A stretch of 64,000 nt of DNA, from contig NC_043010.1 of assembly GCF_006345805.1 (NCBI RefSeq), positions 45,074,001 to 45,138,000 on the forward strand. Reading direction: 5' to 3'. Positions 11,500 to 27,199 of the stretch are shown here, piece by piece. Origin of the DNA: Octopus sinensis. Taxonomy: Eukaryota. Both the position numbers and the translations under genes were made by a program. The notes beneath the pieces are model-generated. The model made no database searches. It was not told the origin of the DNA and worked only from the letters and a program-made list of their open reading frames with translations. Every line of letters begins with the position of its first letter. Positions within the stretch are counted from its first letter, which is position 1.

Positions 11500-14085
11500 A
11501 GAGTGACAACTACGTTTTCATTTCAAAAATGAGGTCCTAACAATCAAAAAATTGCTAACGTCAACATTGGAAAAACAAGCGAAAAAACAACACCAATAAG
11601 AAGAATACCCACGAACAAACGAACACAAATAAACTTCTTAAAATATAACAATCCCCCAAACAGACGAAAATACCAAGATAGATGGCAAAACAAATCCCTC
11701 CCAACGTAATGGAATGATTGAGAGATTCAGTACCAATGTGTCACTCCATTTTTTAAAACACATCAATCTTAAAAACAGACGAAAATATCAAGATAGATAA
11801 TATAACAAGTGGGCAAAGTCCCTTCCAACATAATGGAATGATTGAGAAACAAGGTACCAATGACTTACTCCATTTTTTAGGGAACAAGATCCCCCCCCCA
11901 AAAAAAAAACCGGAAAAAATGTTAATGATACAAAGAGTCAAGAAAATATTGGGCCAACTGATCTAAAAATAATCAACTTCTCACAATGGAAAGTGAAATA
12001 AAATTCCACAGTTTAGTCTAAAAGTCACACCAACTCGTAAATCCAATACAACAGACCTTATAAAAGATACCAAAGAATTTTGCAGAAAACTTCACCAACG
12101 GGAATTCATTTGAAACAATCACAACGACGATCCATTGGTTGTGCAGAACAAAACAGGTTTTAAACAAACACCTGAAGAAATATATAATATGTCTGAAAAG
12201 GTCTGCTAACACAAACATTCCAGCAAACCCTGTAAAACAGAATATGACAGATGAGGAACAAAAAGCATTACAATGACTACAAAAAGATTCATCTGTAATT
12301 ATTAAAGAAGCTGACAAAGGAGGAGCAATTGTAACAATGGAAAAGACCCATTTCAAGGAAATAGTCTTAGAACAATTCAATGACCAGGAATTCCACGAAA
12401 ATCTAGATAGCAATGCTGATGAATGAACTATGAGCTAAATTGGCAAATCTACCAACAAATTCGAGGATGGCTTAACAAAAAAGAAGTTGGATTACCTTGC
12501 CAATTTTGAAGTGAAAACAAGGGATTTTTATAAGCAGCTTAAAAGACCTCCTTACACCATATATAAAGATTCCTAATCCAACTAGTTTCAAACTGTTTCC
12601 GATTGTTGCAGGACTCAAAGATTAAGCAACTTGCTGGACATAATTTTAAAATTTTTTATGCAAATGAGTTCCTAGTTTTATCAGAGATGATATGGGCTTC
12701 TTAAACCATATCTCAGAACGGGTAGATAAAGAGATAGTACTAGTTAGCTAATATTTGTGTAGTCTCTCCACAAATATTCCCCATATATATGGACTAGAAG
12801 CAGTAGAATTCTGGATAAACATACATCCACAAAGAATTCATGAGATATTCTCAAAAGAATTTATATTTGAAGGTTTACTGATAGTACTGGAAAACAATTA
12901 CTTCTGTGATAATTAATATTATCTACAAATACAAGGCACTGCGATGGGAACAAAAGTCACACCAACATTTGACACACTAGTAATGAGATACTTAGAAGAA
13001 AAAATCTACAGCCTATCTAGAACTAATTTTGACTACCACTTCTAAACCTACATTATAGGAAACTGGAAAAGATTCTTAGATGATTGCTTTATATTTTGGA
13101 ACCGAAATAAGGAGGACCTTACAAAATTCCTTAAATTTTTAAATAGCATTCATGACTCATTCCAATTCATTATGGAGATGAATGAAAAGGAAGTCCACTT
13201 TCTGAACACCCTGATAATTAAAGAAAATGTGAGTTATAACTGGCCTCTACGACAAGAACAGAGACATACACCAATATTTAGATTTCAGATCTTGCCACCG
13301 TTCCCATACAAAAAGGAACATGTTATTTAATATAGCAAGGCGCATATGCTCAATAGTCACGGATACTGTTAGACGAGAGAAACGGCTGGCAGAACTTAAT
13401 ATATTCCTTCAGAAATAAAAAATATCCCAACAAGTAATTCAACATGCCACAACAAAACGAAAGGAAATCCCAATCTCCATATTGCAGAGAAACACTCAGG
13501 TTAGGTATGAAAATACAAATACAAATATTCCGTTTGCAGTCATCCACAATCCTAGAAACCACAACATCCCGCATTCAGCCAAACGATATCTCCCAATTCT
13601 ACATCAATCACCAAATCTCCAACGGCTGATTAAAAATTCACAAATTATCAACAGTCGAAGACAACCACCTAACCTCAAGAGACTCCTAACAAAGGTGAGA
13701 TACACATTTGAAAAGGAATCGATGCAAGTAACCAATTGCCGTCTTGGGACATGTGAATTATTTGAGCAAGGGACAACCAAAAGGTTTAAGAATGGGAAGG
13801 AATTAAAAGTGAATGCAAACATGAATTGCAAAATAAAAAACCTCATCTACTGCATCACATTCTCACAATGCAATGAAAACTACATTGGAGAGACAGGAAT
13901 GGAACTGACCAGCTGTGTAAACAACAAATTACGGATTCATCTCTTAGGAATATCCTATGCAGTGAACATCTAGATATCTGTGCAAATGGAAAATTTAAAA
14001 TATTCCCATTTTACAAAATAAACAATGAAAATGTACAACTACGAAAGGTAAAAGAAAAATACTTTATAGGAATTTTTGTTTAAAA
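11500..14085 (+). mobile_element. Degraded Penelope-like element (Neptune-type): RT plus GIY-YIG endonuclease
   Basis: IIKEADKGGAIV (~12300), QGTAMGTKV (~12930), LDDCF-type motif (~13075) and NLIYCITFSQCNENYIGETG (~13840-13900); many stops and frameshifts. Confidence 0.85.
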
Positions 14086-14137
14086 AATAACTCTTATACT
14101 TCAAAAACTTTAGACTTTCAAGTATATATATATATAT

Positions 14138-14300
14138 GACGGGCTTCTTTCAGTTTCCATCTGCCAAATTCACTCACAAGGCTTAGGCTGCCCCGAGGCT
14201 ATAGTGGTAAACACTTATTCAAGGTGCCATGCAGTGGGAGTAACTCTGAATCTCGTGTTTGAGAGGCAAGCTTCTTACTACACAATCACACTTGCGCCTG
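14138..14300 (-). mobile_element. SINE head fragment
   Basis: GACGGGCTTCTTTCAGTTTCC...CAAGGTGCCATGCAGTGGG, homologous to 4515-4670. Confidence 0.6.
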
Positions 14301-15517
14301 TCTCTTTTTTAAAGATAGTAATTTGAGATTTGTGAAAGGTTTGCTTGGTGATCGCGTAATGGTATAACTCATTGCTAGTCTGTTTTGTGGTAGTTGCTCT
14401 TGTTGTCGAGAGCCAAGTCAACTCTGTCGATAAAACCCTTTCATTAAAAACATTCCTGTTATGATCACGCCGTATTTTTTCCAGATAGTGAACTACATTA
14501 TTAAATATATTCTTCCTTTTTTTAAGACAATAGGGTGAAATTTAAAAAAAGATTTCATGTAAACGACCCCTCATAAGTTAGTTATTTTTAGTAGATTACA
14601 CCATATGATGACTTTGGTGTTCACTTGGTGTACCAAAGGACTCTTTAGAAATTCGAAATATGTGAATGCAGTGAGTTAAAAAGCTGAAGGTTCGATCTCA
14701 GTGTTATAAACTACATAACATTGTAGGAATGCTATATCTTACTTGGCTACTGCTATATCAGCTGCGGAAATTTATAGTTTATACTTTGCCCTAAGGCACT
14801 GCACTTTGAGCTCGACCTTATTCAAAAGACTGACAACTTATCTATATGTAAGGATGAGTACTGTTAACGTTACTTACTCTGATATGGGTGGCACTGACAG
14901 TCAGATATGTTAAAGTTATGTCCAGGCTGGCATGTTTGTAAAACATCCACGTTGTTCATCTTGACGTAGTATTTGTCTTTGTCATTGTGAATTTTGTAAC
15001 TGCTGGGACAATCTAAATTAGGAAAAAACAACAAATATACGAGTTTGAATTAATTATATTTATAATCGGAGTAAAACAACAGAGTGAACAATTTGGTGAT
15101 TATTAACGTATCTTTTAAAACTGGAATGAAGTAACTGAGTAGAGAAATGAATTATCAACTTTCACTTTGTAGCAAGCATTTTGTTGTCATAAGAAAAAAA
15201 TACTGTATTCTATATTATTTCAGTTCGTCCGCCTCTCGAAAGATAACAACTCATTTAGTGTCATGTCACAATTGGAGCTTAAATGAGTATTTCATAATCT
15301 AAAACCAGAATTGAACACTTTTTTCTCAACGATGCATAAAAATTTAAGAAACATTTGTATTTAACAATTTCAGGAGTCACAGCAGAAGTATTTTCGACAT
15401 AACTTATTTTCAAGCTTTTAAAATTTGCTTTGATTTTGCAGGCATCAATATGATTCACAAACCCGTCATTTTTTTGGATGGTTTGAGAAATAAGGCGAAA
15501 ATTTTGTATACGCTTGA

Positions 15518-16532
<1,015 letters not shown>

Positions 16533-16559
16533 TAACAATTTTTTACCCTAATGCAATAC

Positions 16560-16780
16560 CAACCAGTGGATTCTTGGCTTTTGATTTGCACTGGTTTGAA
16601 GTGCTTTGTACATGTTTTGTCTTGGTGTCAAAGATGGGCGACAGCAAATATTCTGCTCAATACCACAGATCTGCTTTTCAGTTGCTTAACTTTAACCAGT
16701 TGAGTATGTTCCTTAGAGGTTGATGATATGTGAATCTCTGAATACGAGCAGAAGTGGAGGGGAGCATCAATTCTCCTTTT
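16560..16780 (+). mobile_element. Partial copy of the ~500-bp (TAA)n-associated element
   Basis: AAAGATGGGCGACAGCAAATATTCTGCTCAATACCACAGAT matches the reverse complement of 53870-53915. Confidence 0.75.
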
Positions 16781-16789
16781 TATTGTAAG

Positions 16790-17620
16790 AACACTACCAT
16801 TTTTCTCTGTGCGGTCAGCCACAGAGACAAAAGACCATATTTAGTAAGTCTTAAAACTTTACCATCTACAACTTGTTTTCTTTTCTTTTTAAACTCTCCC
16901 TGAGTATTCGAAAATGTAAACATCCTTTTCATTGCAAAAGTCCTACTGTATTCTCCAGCTGGACAGACAAACGAACATCTCAAGAAAAGGTTAAAACTTT
17001 GATATATTACCCAAATACGTAAACACATCTTTTATAACAACAACACAATTGAATTCAGCAATTCAAAAATTCAAGGACGTGAATATCAATATATATAAAT
17101 ATATATATATATGTGTGTGTGTGTGTGTATTATTATTATTATTGTTGTTTTTTTCTACCAATAATTACAAATAGAACAGGTTGAATTGCTTTTTTTCAAG
17201 GGAGCGCTCTCAGTAGTCACTGGTAGTAGTAAAGACATTTGACCTCTGCTGACCCAGAGGGTGTGAAGATTCTTTTGTCTCTATGGCTGACCTCCCCACC
17301 ATCTGCCGAATCTATTTATAGACCGATAGAATATGATGTATTCACCAAACTGCTACCCAAATATTTCCTCCAACAATGGTAGTGGTGGTGATGGTGATAA
17401 TGATAAAATTAAAAATAATAATAATATGCAGCAGTTGCTAATACTGAATACTACTAATACCACAACTACTACTATTATGATAGCACAGGGATCTGAGGCA
17501 CAACTACCACCCTTGCCACTACCCCCACCTCTGCTAATGTTGCTGTTGCTGCAACCACTGCTGCTACTACACATAAAAACAATAATATCAGTGATAGCAG
17601 CGATGATGATGATGATGATA
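16790..17620. repeat. Dispersed composite repeat (unclassified) with trinucleotide-rich end
   Basis: Diverged inverted homology to 46330-47100 and 58230-58265, and to 32930-32990. Confidence 0.55.
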
Positions 17621-17628
17621 ATAATAAG

Positions 17629-17699
<71 letters not shown>

Positions 17700-17725
17700 T
17701 GATGATGATGATGCTGATGATGATG

Positions 17726-17764
<39 letters not shown>

Positions 17765-18430
17765 TTTTCTTTATTGGCCACCAGGGCCGAACACAAAACA
17801 TAAAGGACGATACATAGACGAGGGACAGTGGGGGTTAAACGTGTAAACAATAAAAAAAAAACAACAACAGCAAGAGGATTAAAACAACGATGTACTTCCC
17901 CAATGGTGGGGGGTCCACCAAGATGTGACCAACGAAACCTCACACAATTTGGACTCCTTAGCACCAAAAGCGCCTCAGATAGGCACCGCTTTCCTCCTCA
18001 TTCCATCTGCCTTACAGGCGCACACTTAGAGTCGGCCCGTTCGCACGAGCCATTCTTGCCACATTCACCCACCTTCCAACAAACTTACTGGGTGACAGCA
18101 GCTCTCTCTCCAGCCTCACTTTCCTTTTCAGGTGGAACTTGAAAAAGTCAATGAGGTCTTGGCAGAAGAGGAAGATACCCGTCTTCAGCCCTTTCAATCG
18201 CTCCACCACACAAGCTCTTTTGCCATAGCCACCAAACAGAGAAAAACTTCCTGTCCTTCCCGGCCAAAGGAAGGAGACCGGGCAATCTTCACGATAGCCG
18301 GTCCATCCTACATGTGACAATAACTGTTCAACGAAGTTCCACAAGTCAGCAATGCATGGATACTAAACGAGAGCATTCAGAACGATATCATCGCTCCGCT
18401 TACATCTCGGACAACCCCGTCTGACTGCAT
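17765..18430 (-). mobile_element. Tx1/L1-like LINE 3' fragment
   Basis: CPRC..D.VL zinc-knuckle remnant and FKFHLKRKVRLERE..RWVNV, homologous to 50034-50861. Ends TGGCCAATAAAGAAA followed by (ATT)n on the element strand. Confidence 0.85.
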
Positions 18431-19324
18431 AATGCATTCACTGAACGATTGAGTGCTTGATTTGTTAAATACTTGCGTTCATTGAAAAATCTGGGGCACT
18501 GTTTATGGGGAAGATGTTAATACTTCCTCATACTGCATAGCTAAATTCAAATTGTATTATAACAAACTAACCACCTGTAACCTGGTGGACTCACGGTCAT
18601 CAGAAGAGAACTATGCTTTTCTGCGGTACCTGTCGCATTATTTATTTCGTGGTATATTGGTAGCAAAAAGAATTACGCTATCATTCATTCCGCTAGGCAT
18701 TGCGTGGAACTTGACATAGTTAATCGTCCACATTTCAAATGATAATTATACAGTATATTTCAGCATCAAACATTATAATATATGCAGGAATATTTTGGGG
18801 TGTAAAGAAAATAAACAGAACTTTTATATGAGTGATGGAGATATGATAGTAATTGTTAATAGATTTGGAGTGGAAGAAACTACAATTGTTGCACTGTTGA
18901 AAACAGAAAAATTAGTGAAATGACTTTGTATGTCAAACCATTGTACTACGGCACTAAATAAACCGATTGTTAATAATATTAATTTCCTACTTACGCACAA
19001 AGCCACAGATTTACAAAGAAGAATGAGATTGTTCTTGCTTTTTTCATAGCATGAAAGATATATTACAATACAACTAGATAATACTGGTTTCTTTCGTTTG
19101 GCGATAATTCATTTAATTTGTTTTAAGTATGACGATTATTAACCCTAAAACCTATTCAGTTGATAACTTGATCACTCATACTCTGAACGTCTTTATAAAA
19201 AGAGATCATATTGATGATTTCTTGTATTCTTAAACTATAGAAAAAATTATAAGATTGTATATACTCCAGTACTGATTCTATCCATGACCCTTTTAGAAAG
19301 ATATACTAAAATAGAATACATTAC

Positions 19325-19471
19325 CGTATATGGTAGAGATCTTATCAGAGCAGGTACATGTGGTTAAGTTGAAATTGTAACCAGAAATACACCTGAGTTC
19401 GATCCATACACCATCCTTCAACTGCTGGTATACTTCAAGTTTTTGCGTTATTTTATATTGATCGGCACAAG
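19325..19471 (-). CDS. Pif/LamG3-like gene, exon C (third Cys-rich chitin-binding-like module); absent from the ORF track
   Basis: TTCATTGCAG acceptor, GTAATG donor; 147 nt, phase 1->1. Encodes (A)CADQYKITQKLEVYQQLKDGVWIELRCISGYNFNLTTCTCSDKISTIY, with the C..G..F....C.C pattern that precedes LamG in Pif-like proteins. Confidence 0.85.
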
Positions 19472-20269
19472 CTGCAATGAAATGTGATGTTCAAACATTT
19501 ATGTAGAATTATTAAGAAAAGGGAAAATTTATGATGAACTGTCTAACGAAGTTCATGTTTTGCTTGCAACGTAGCGCGTACCTTGGAGGTACGCATCATC
19601 GACTTCAATTCCAAATATAACCCATTCACCACAAAATTCGGTGTCGCTATTTTTGGTTTCCTTCACTTGATTATAATGTATAAGCAAATACAATATGTAG
19701 CCTCAAGTGAATACAAAAGCTAAAGCAGTTTACATTTCTTAAAATAAAATATAACTAAACAAAATAGCTTTTCTGAAATTCTTTCTTTAAATTATCTAAA
19801 TATTAAGTATGATGCCACTCTTTTGAATATGCCATATGCTGTGTGGAATGTGTGATATATGAAAAACAAAATCAATTGCAGTTATATTTAATAACGCATC
19901 ATAAATAATATATAAGAAAAATGTCTGAAACCAAAATTCTTTTTGCTGTATTTGGTTAAATTTTAGTTCAATACTTCATCAGATGGTTCATCCAGTTATG
20001 CGTGAACTGCGAAGATTCACATAGTAAATTGCTCTATTTTAAAGTCTTAAATCATAAAAGACGTCTTATATTTAATAACTTGACAACATAAGTTGTATTA
20101 GGCCCTGGACTGCATCAAAATCTCTAGTAATACACGTTTTTTTTTTCTAGAATTTAATTACAGTTACCACATGGTCAAAGTTTTCTCTACTAATAAACTA
20201 ATCATATCTGTGTTAGAGTCTATTGTCTATGTGTGACTTTATTTTTTTTTATTTGTTTATTAAATTCTT

Positions 20270-20700
20270 TTCTAGAAGCAAGGACAAAATGCTTCATACT
20301 GAAATCCTCCTGAGGGCTAGGATCTACAGCGTTGAGGCTTGAATCCTTCGTCACCTTCTCCACCGATTTTACCATGTGAGTCGGATGCCCAAGAGGGTCC
20401 TCTTCAGCGAGATCGAGACTAGAAGTAGGCTTCATAGACCACCAGAACTTCGTTTTCGTATTAATCTCAAGCGGACTTTCATTTGTCTGTCCAAATTGGT
20501 TGGAACCCCTAAAATTGGAAGGCATGGAGGCCCGTATGTTATGTTGGATTAGAGAGCTTTGAAACCAAACGCAGGAAACCGCATGAAGAGAGGAGGTCAG
20601 GTTATCATCAAGCCCCAGCAGCTGTTGCACAGGGTCACTTTCAGTGCTTTCAATGCCAGATCTGCTTATCTTGTCAACCACGTCCGCTCCCATGAGTAAC
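20270..20700 (+). mobile_element. RTE-clade LINE 3' fragment
   Basis: Plus strand reads SRMPKRVLFSEI...RPPELRFR and a terminal C2H2 remnant (FQC...LVNHVRSHE*). The listed minus-strand ORF is its antisense. Confidence 0.7.
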
Positions 20701-21479
20701 AATGTGCTGCAAGTGGAGGAGGATGAATGTCTTGGATCGACTCTGTCCTCACCTTTGATGAACTGACATAAGCAAGTTAGCAAGCAAATAGAAGTGTTAT
20801 TTGTATTTACCCCAGTGGAGTCTTTTTTTTTCGGGTTATATTGTATATTATTTTAATAAGAAAATATAATATGTTAAATATATACATGAAGTCAGTGGAT
20901 CCTACTTTGAAGAAGTTTGGAGTTTTGTACTTCTATGAAATTATTTCCGGGAAATATTCTGAAATATTTTAGAATGCACCTTGTATATATGTAAGTGTAT
21001 ATGCATGCTTGCATCTGGGGGTGAAGTGAGGGTGAATTATAGTTTTACCTACTTTTGCGTTTTTCACATTTGCAATCTTCCTCTATAAGCACATATCCGC
21101 TTGGACAATCATTCTGGATTATATTACAATCTACAAAACACGTAAAAGAACGAAAAGAACTTTTCAAAACTCGATTTTTGTAAAAGAGATTTTATGTAAC
21201 ATTAATAGGACGTTAGTCACCAAGGTACAATGATTGGAAAAACAAATTCCTGCATGACATCTATTTAAATAAGTCATTAATACGAATAGATATTGCCAAC
21301 TCTTGGTATTGAGCAGATAATATAATTAATATATGATTGTAACATGTTTTATTTGACTGGAAATAATACAAGACTGAAGAGTCTGTAATCAGTACTTGTC
21401 ATTGACACAAGTGCGTCAATTGCCAAAGTTATCAAGAACCCAATCTTCATCAGTACTTATACCACTTAACCGCTCTCAT

Positions 21480-22560
21480 TGTTGACCTATTTGGCTTTTC
21501 AATTCGCTTTCAAAACTTCCTCGTTTCATTTTCAATATAGCGCACTTTTCTATCCTAAATTCCATACCTACGTCATTTGAGAAAACGCAGATAGTATGTA
21601 TAAGACTTTCAAACTGTTTCTCATTTTTCGTATACACCATTATATCGTTCATGAAAAAAAAGATGATCTATCTGAGCTTTTCCTTCTCTCAAATCATAAA
21701 CAATTTTAGCTTTGCATAGTACCATAGTGAGCGGTGTCATAGCCAATATAAATAGTAATGGAGATAAGATATCACCTTGAAATATTCATTCGACGTCTGA
21801 TGTTCACTTTTCCGAGCTTTTGTTTTCCTCCGATCAATTCAGTATTCCAATGTTGTTTCATACTTTCATTAAGCATTTTCTCCATGCTTTTTGCTATTCC
21901 AAAATGCTCATTGTTTTATTTATCCAACTGTGGTACCATGTCGTACGCTTTTTTGTAATCTAGCCATGCTAGATTCAGTCCCATCAACCTGCGTCTACAA
22001 TTTTTAATTAACATTTTATCAACTCATAAGGCATATTTTGTTGCCCTACATTACTTCCTATATTTTCTCTGTTCTTCTGGAAGTAGATTGTAACTTTCCA
22101 TATGGTTGTACAACTCTTCCCTCATAACACCGGTCATAAGCTTCCACATTAGTGGTAAACAGATTATAGGTAAAAAATTTGGTGCCCGGTTCCCTTTCAA
22201 GGGATACTTGAGGCATAGCAGCTTTCTTCCAGTTGTCATCCAGGCAAGGACGTCACCTTATTGCAGACACTTATCCAGTTGCGCAGCAATTCTTTCATGC
22301 AACTGTGTGAAGTTCTTTAGTCAATAACCTTGAACTCCATCTGGGCCTGGTCCTTTCCAATTTGCTATTTTTTAAAACTTTTGTCTCGCAGTATATAGAT
22401 TAATTCTGACATCCTTTTGTCTTGCTACAATTGCAAGTTGTCTTTCCACCTTTGTTAGCCACTCCGCGCTTTTTTATGTCTCGACACCCTTCCCCAAAAT
22501 TCTTTACTTTCTTTCGCATCTGAAATCAGTTCCTGGTGTTGGCCTACCTCTGATTCCTCA
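21480..22560 (-). mobile_element. Old R4/Dong-clade RT fragment
   Basis: [23 protein letters not shown] and LNLAWLDYKKAYDMVP motifs; heavily decayed. Confidence 0.75.
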
Positions 22561-23225
22561 AAAAGATACTTTTTGGTCAACAAAATTCGACCTTCACTAA
22601 TTTTCATGTAAGTGACGTTTCTGTTGATGCTTCAACGATCTTTTCACTTTGCTATATTTTAATCAACAAAATAAATATTTTATCAAAATGTATAATATAT
22701 TCTATTCTCCTCTTATGTAAGGTCATTTGAATGTACATGAGGAGAGTCAGTTGATTGGCCGCTTGCGATCAACAGTACCTACCCAATAGTCATCAGCCAA
22801 ATTAATTTCATAAGGTAGACAATACTTATTGCGATGCCGTTTATCGAGCTAAGTAATCCGATCAAGGATACAGATTCGATAGCTTTATACCTACACTTGG
22901 CACTGTTGAAGTTTATGACATATGCATTGTATATGTCTATATAAGTGATTCTCAACCAGGATCGGTATAAGATGTTGTAGTTAAAATTTATCTGCAATAA
23001 ATTGGTTAAACTTCTACAATTCACAAAATAGTTTAATTTTTATTATACAATTTCTTGTGATATTTAATAATAAAAATGCAATAAGATTTTTTTATGTACA
23101 TTGAATGGCTTTGAAGGGTCAGGAGAGTAAAATAACTATCAAAAGGGTCCATAGGCAAAAATTCTTAATATTTCATGGATACAAGACATGATTTCTCAAA
23201 GATAAAGCAAAAATTAGCGAGTTAC

Positions 23226-23402
23226 CTTTCTTTTTACCACACGTTTTATCTTCAACGCAGGCTTGCGCTTTTTCACTGAATCTTTTATGTTTCCCACAAG
23301 TTTCCGACGGTGTGTTTTTCTTGATTGCGAATTCGCCATTTTTGCATTCATAATAGTTATTACAGTCGGATTTATGCCGAAATTTATCACCTGCATTACA
23401 TT
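23226..23402 (-). CDS. Pif/LamG3-like gene, exon B (chitin-binding type 2/peritrophin-A-like module)
   Basis: GATTACAG acceptor, GTAAC donor; 177 nt, phase 1->1. Encodes CNAGDKFRHKSDCNNYYECKNGEFAIKKNTPSETCGKHKRFSEKAQACVEDKTCGKKK (six Cys). Confidence 0.85.
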
Positions 23403-23711
23403 CTGTAATCAAAGAGAAAAAGATAAACACACATACATACATACATACATACATACATACATACATACATACATACATACATACATACAAAAGAGAACAC
23501 CTATGATGAACTATAGAGAAATCTGTAGTTAGTCTATCCAGATTGAAAGTTCAGGTTTATACCAGTAATTATTGGGGTCCTGGGATAAATCTGCACATAC
23601 ATGCATATATACATACATTCATACATACATACATTCATACCACACACCCACTCCTGCGCTTATATATATATATATATATATAATGTGTGTGTGTGTGGTG
23701 TGTGTGTGTGT

Positions 23712-23990
23712 GAAGGTGCATGGCTCAGTGGTTAGAGCGCCGGACTTAGATTTGTGAGGTTGTGAGTTCGATTCCCGGACCGGGCTGCGTGTTGTGTTCT
23801 TGAGCAAGACACTTTATTTCACATTGCTCCAGTTCACTCAGCTGTAGAAATGAGTTGCGATAAAACTAGTGGTTGTGGAGAGGGGAGGCCGGTATGCATG
23901 GGCGACTGCTGGTCTTCCATAAAAACAACCTTGCCTGGAAGCGTTACTTCCTAGGTGCAATCCCATGGTCAGTCATGACATAAGGGAGTC
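23712..23990 (+). mobile_element. tRNA-derived SINE
   Basis: A box TGGCTCAGTGG, B box GAGTTCGATTCC; body homologous to 4722-4990. Confidence 0.75.
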
Positions 23991-24000
23991 TCAATATCTA

Positions 24001-24107
<107 letters not shown>

Positions 24108-24376
24108 AATATATATATATATATATATATACATATATACACATACACAAAAATATATATATGTGTTCATATAATTCATGTAAATATACATAGCTATATA
24201 TAGATATAACATGCATATATATACCTATATATTTAAGTATAATGGCATACATACATGCATGCTCTCTCTTTCTCCCTCTCTCTCCTACACACATGCATTT
24301 ATTATACATATATATAAAATACATATCTATGTATATATGTATGTATATATATAAACATGCATATATATATGAATAT

Positions 24377-24426
<50 letters not shown>

Positions 24427-24505
24427 AGAGAGAGAAAGATTTTTACACATACACACATAGATATATCTCTTTCTACCTATCTAACTATCTCTCTCTCTCA
24501 GTCTG

Positions 24506-24541
<36 letters not shown>

Positions 24542-27199
24542 ATACATAATAAGAAAAGAAGATAGAGAGGTAATAAATAATTATTATTTAATATTAACCC
24601 TAGCACTAATTGACAAACATCCCCGACAGAGTGTTTCAATTCCACACCTTCAGAAAATTAATTAAGAAAATTAAAACTATTTGAAAGTCGAATCTCGTCG
24701 GAGGTAGTTTAAGATATACAGAATAGGTGTTCAATTCCTGCATGTTATGTAAACCGCTACAAACTGTTAACTGATGAAATATAAACATAAAGAACATAGT
24801 ATAAAACATGATATAGACGTTAGAAAGTGTGTGTGTGTAGGTGGGGAATATCGTGTATATTAGGGTTGTAAAAATAGAACAATATATTCAGCTAGAGTGT
24901 TAAATGTAAGAAAATCTCAAGTAGATATATTAGTAAAAATATCATTGTGATATTATGTCTATCCGTATTAAATCAATAGAAAATTAGTATGTAGAGTTTA
25001 ATTCAAGTGTATATAGTTATCTTTAATATTTAATTAAAGTGGAAGACATTCCAGGCAAATTATTACTTATTGTAAATATCGAAAGGGTTAAAATACTAAT
25101 AAGATATATTAACTTAATTCTAGGGTACATAAAAATTATAAAATAAAAACAAAAATAAAGTAAAATGAATAAGATAAAATAGAGTAAAAAGTAAAAATAG
25201 ATAGAAAAAAATAAATAAATAAAGACTTACAAAATATTATCTTTCACCCCTTAAAAATTTATTATTGAGCTTGTCAAATAAAGATAAAGAACTATTGGAC
25301 AAAAACTTTTAAATTTCAGATATGCAGCGTTTCCTTGATGAGATAGCAGACGTAAATATGTTAAGAGACTCGGGTAAGAAGATATAGTATTTTAAAAATA
25401 ATTAAAAAAGAATTAAAGGGAATAAATATATGCTAATAAAGGTAATAAGGGCTTAAATATGGGTCAAATCAACAAGTTAAATTAAAACTTATTAATAAAA
25501 TTATATAAATAGTTAAATATAATGCCCTCAAAACCGAAAGTAGGTATTAATATAGAGGTGAAGAGCTAAAGAGCAGCTGGGAATAATCTAAATTAGGGAC
25601 ATACCAAAGCGATACCCAGTAGAAATAAATATGTATTATTTACAGTGAGTTATAAAATAGCTACAGGTTTTGTTCATATAGTAAATTAATTTAGAGGTGA
25701 AGAGCTAATGAAAAACTAGGAACAATCTAAATTAGAGACATACACAAAATGAAACCCGGTAAAAGTTAAACATATATTTTATGGTGAATTAAATAAAATC
25801 TAAAATGTGAGGTTCTTATAGTATAAGTCAAAATTAAAGCAAATATAAATTATTATTATTATTAGCGTAAATGAATAAGTTAATCGTTAGATATACCTTC
25901 ATGCAAGAAGATAAAAAATTGTAAAAATCTATTCTACATAGAGATGGAAGTACGTGGAAAGGGGAGAGTGGGGATACAGAAGAATTATTATGCTTGGTAG
26001 GAGACAAGTAAAAGTACACTGTAATTATAGTATGTATATATGTGGAGCTAGGACCAAATAGGAAAATCAATAGAAAGAAATAGTCGGGGTGGGGTGGGGG
26101 CTAATAGATAAGTTACTAGAAAGCAAAACAAATAAGTAAATGGGGCTATAGATAAGGTGCAGATTGTAGTCTTAGGAGAGGTGTGCAACGTATGAAGTAA
26201 AAATACTATACTAAATAATAAGTTAAGTGGATATATGAATAAAAATATTTAAGCATTCTACCAAGAATAGGACGAAAAAAGAAAGTAAAATATTTAATTA
26301 ATAAATCAATTAATTAAAGGCTGGAAGATAGAGGGTGTAAGAGTCTAGCTTGACCCCGCTTGAGATTTGAAACCAAATCCACCGGCTTGTTGCTTGTCAA
26401 AACGAGCGAAAAATCCTCCACACTAGGACCTGTACTCGTCAAGGAAAGGTCAGTCCTTTGTTTAAGGTTTGACCTACATTACTGACCATAATCTATATAA
26501 CAGAAGGACTTTTATATCTCTTCCTCTGATGTGTCAGCAATGACCAAGGAGCAACACCGGCCTTTGCATCAGCTTTAACTAAGAGCAGCACTTCCTTTCG
26601 CCCTTCGCTCGACATGCGAAGAGAGGCTTTCGGCCGTAAGAAAGGATCGGGTCGAAAAGAGAATGCACGAGATAGCCGACTACTTTCTCAGATGAACTAC
26701 GCACACACAGACACAAAAGATATTCATTTCTACTACATCATATCACAGAGATGTTCCCTGTTCTTTTTATTCTTCTCAACTCGTAGAAGTTGACGACAAA
26801 TACATGTAGTGAAAAATTGTGTATACCAACAACAAATGCAAGTCCAGTAAATAAGTTATTTAAACCATAAATCGATGTTATCCATTTGTTTATTTCGAAG
26901 GCATCTACATGCCTATCGCATCTGTTTACCTCAACATATTCTGATACACCTTTAACCGCTACAAGGGGGAAATTGTTTGTTTATTAGGAGATAGGTACAA
27001 GAAAAATGTAATTATAGTATATATCTATGGGTGAAGATACGACCAAATATAGTTTAAATGTGTTATATCGCAATACTACACAGTGGCTATGTGAGCATCT
27101 CATCCTCGTCGCCACTGTTATATCGCACGTTCGGATGACCTCTACTAATTTCTGACGTCGAGACTTCTCCTTCTATATCTACGTATCGGGCTAGCCTAC

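Noticed and set aside
20220-20783. 187-aa minus-strand ORF (also 38496-39320, 49361-49891 and similar)
   Set aside because: Antisense frames of LINE fragments whose real homology is on the other strand.
23712-23790. tRNA-like sequence with A and B boxes (also 4520-4670, 4722-4790, 6600-6705, 16370-16468)
   Set aside because: Each continues into a repeated SINE body and lacks a complete cloverleaf, so these are SINE heads rather than tRNA genes.
25335-25380. Hammerhead-like motif TTGATGAG-ATAGCA...TGTTAA-GAGAC-TCGG-GTA
   Set aside because: Two core positions differ (C3, A in GAAA) and helix I is not convincing. At best a dead relic within an unclassified AT-rich repeat (24.7-26.7 kb).
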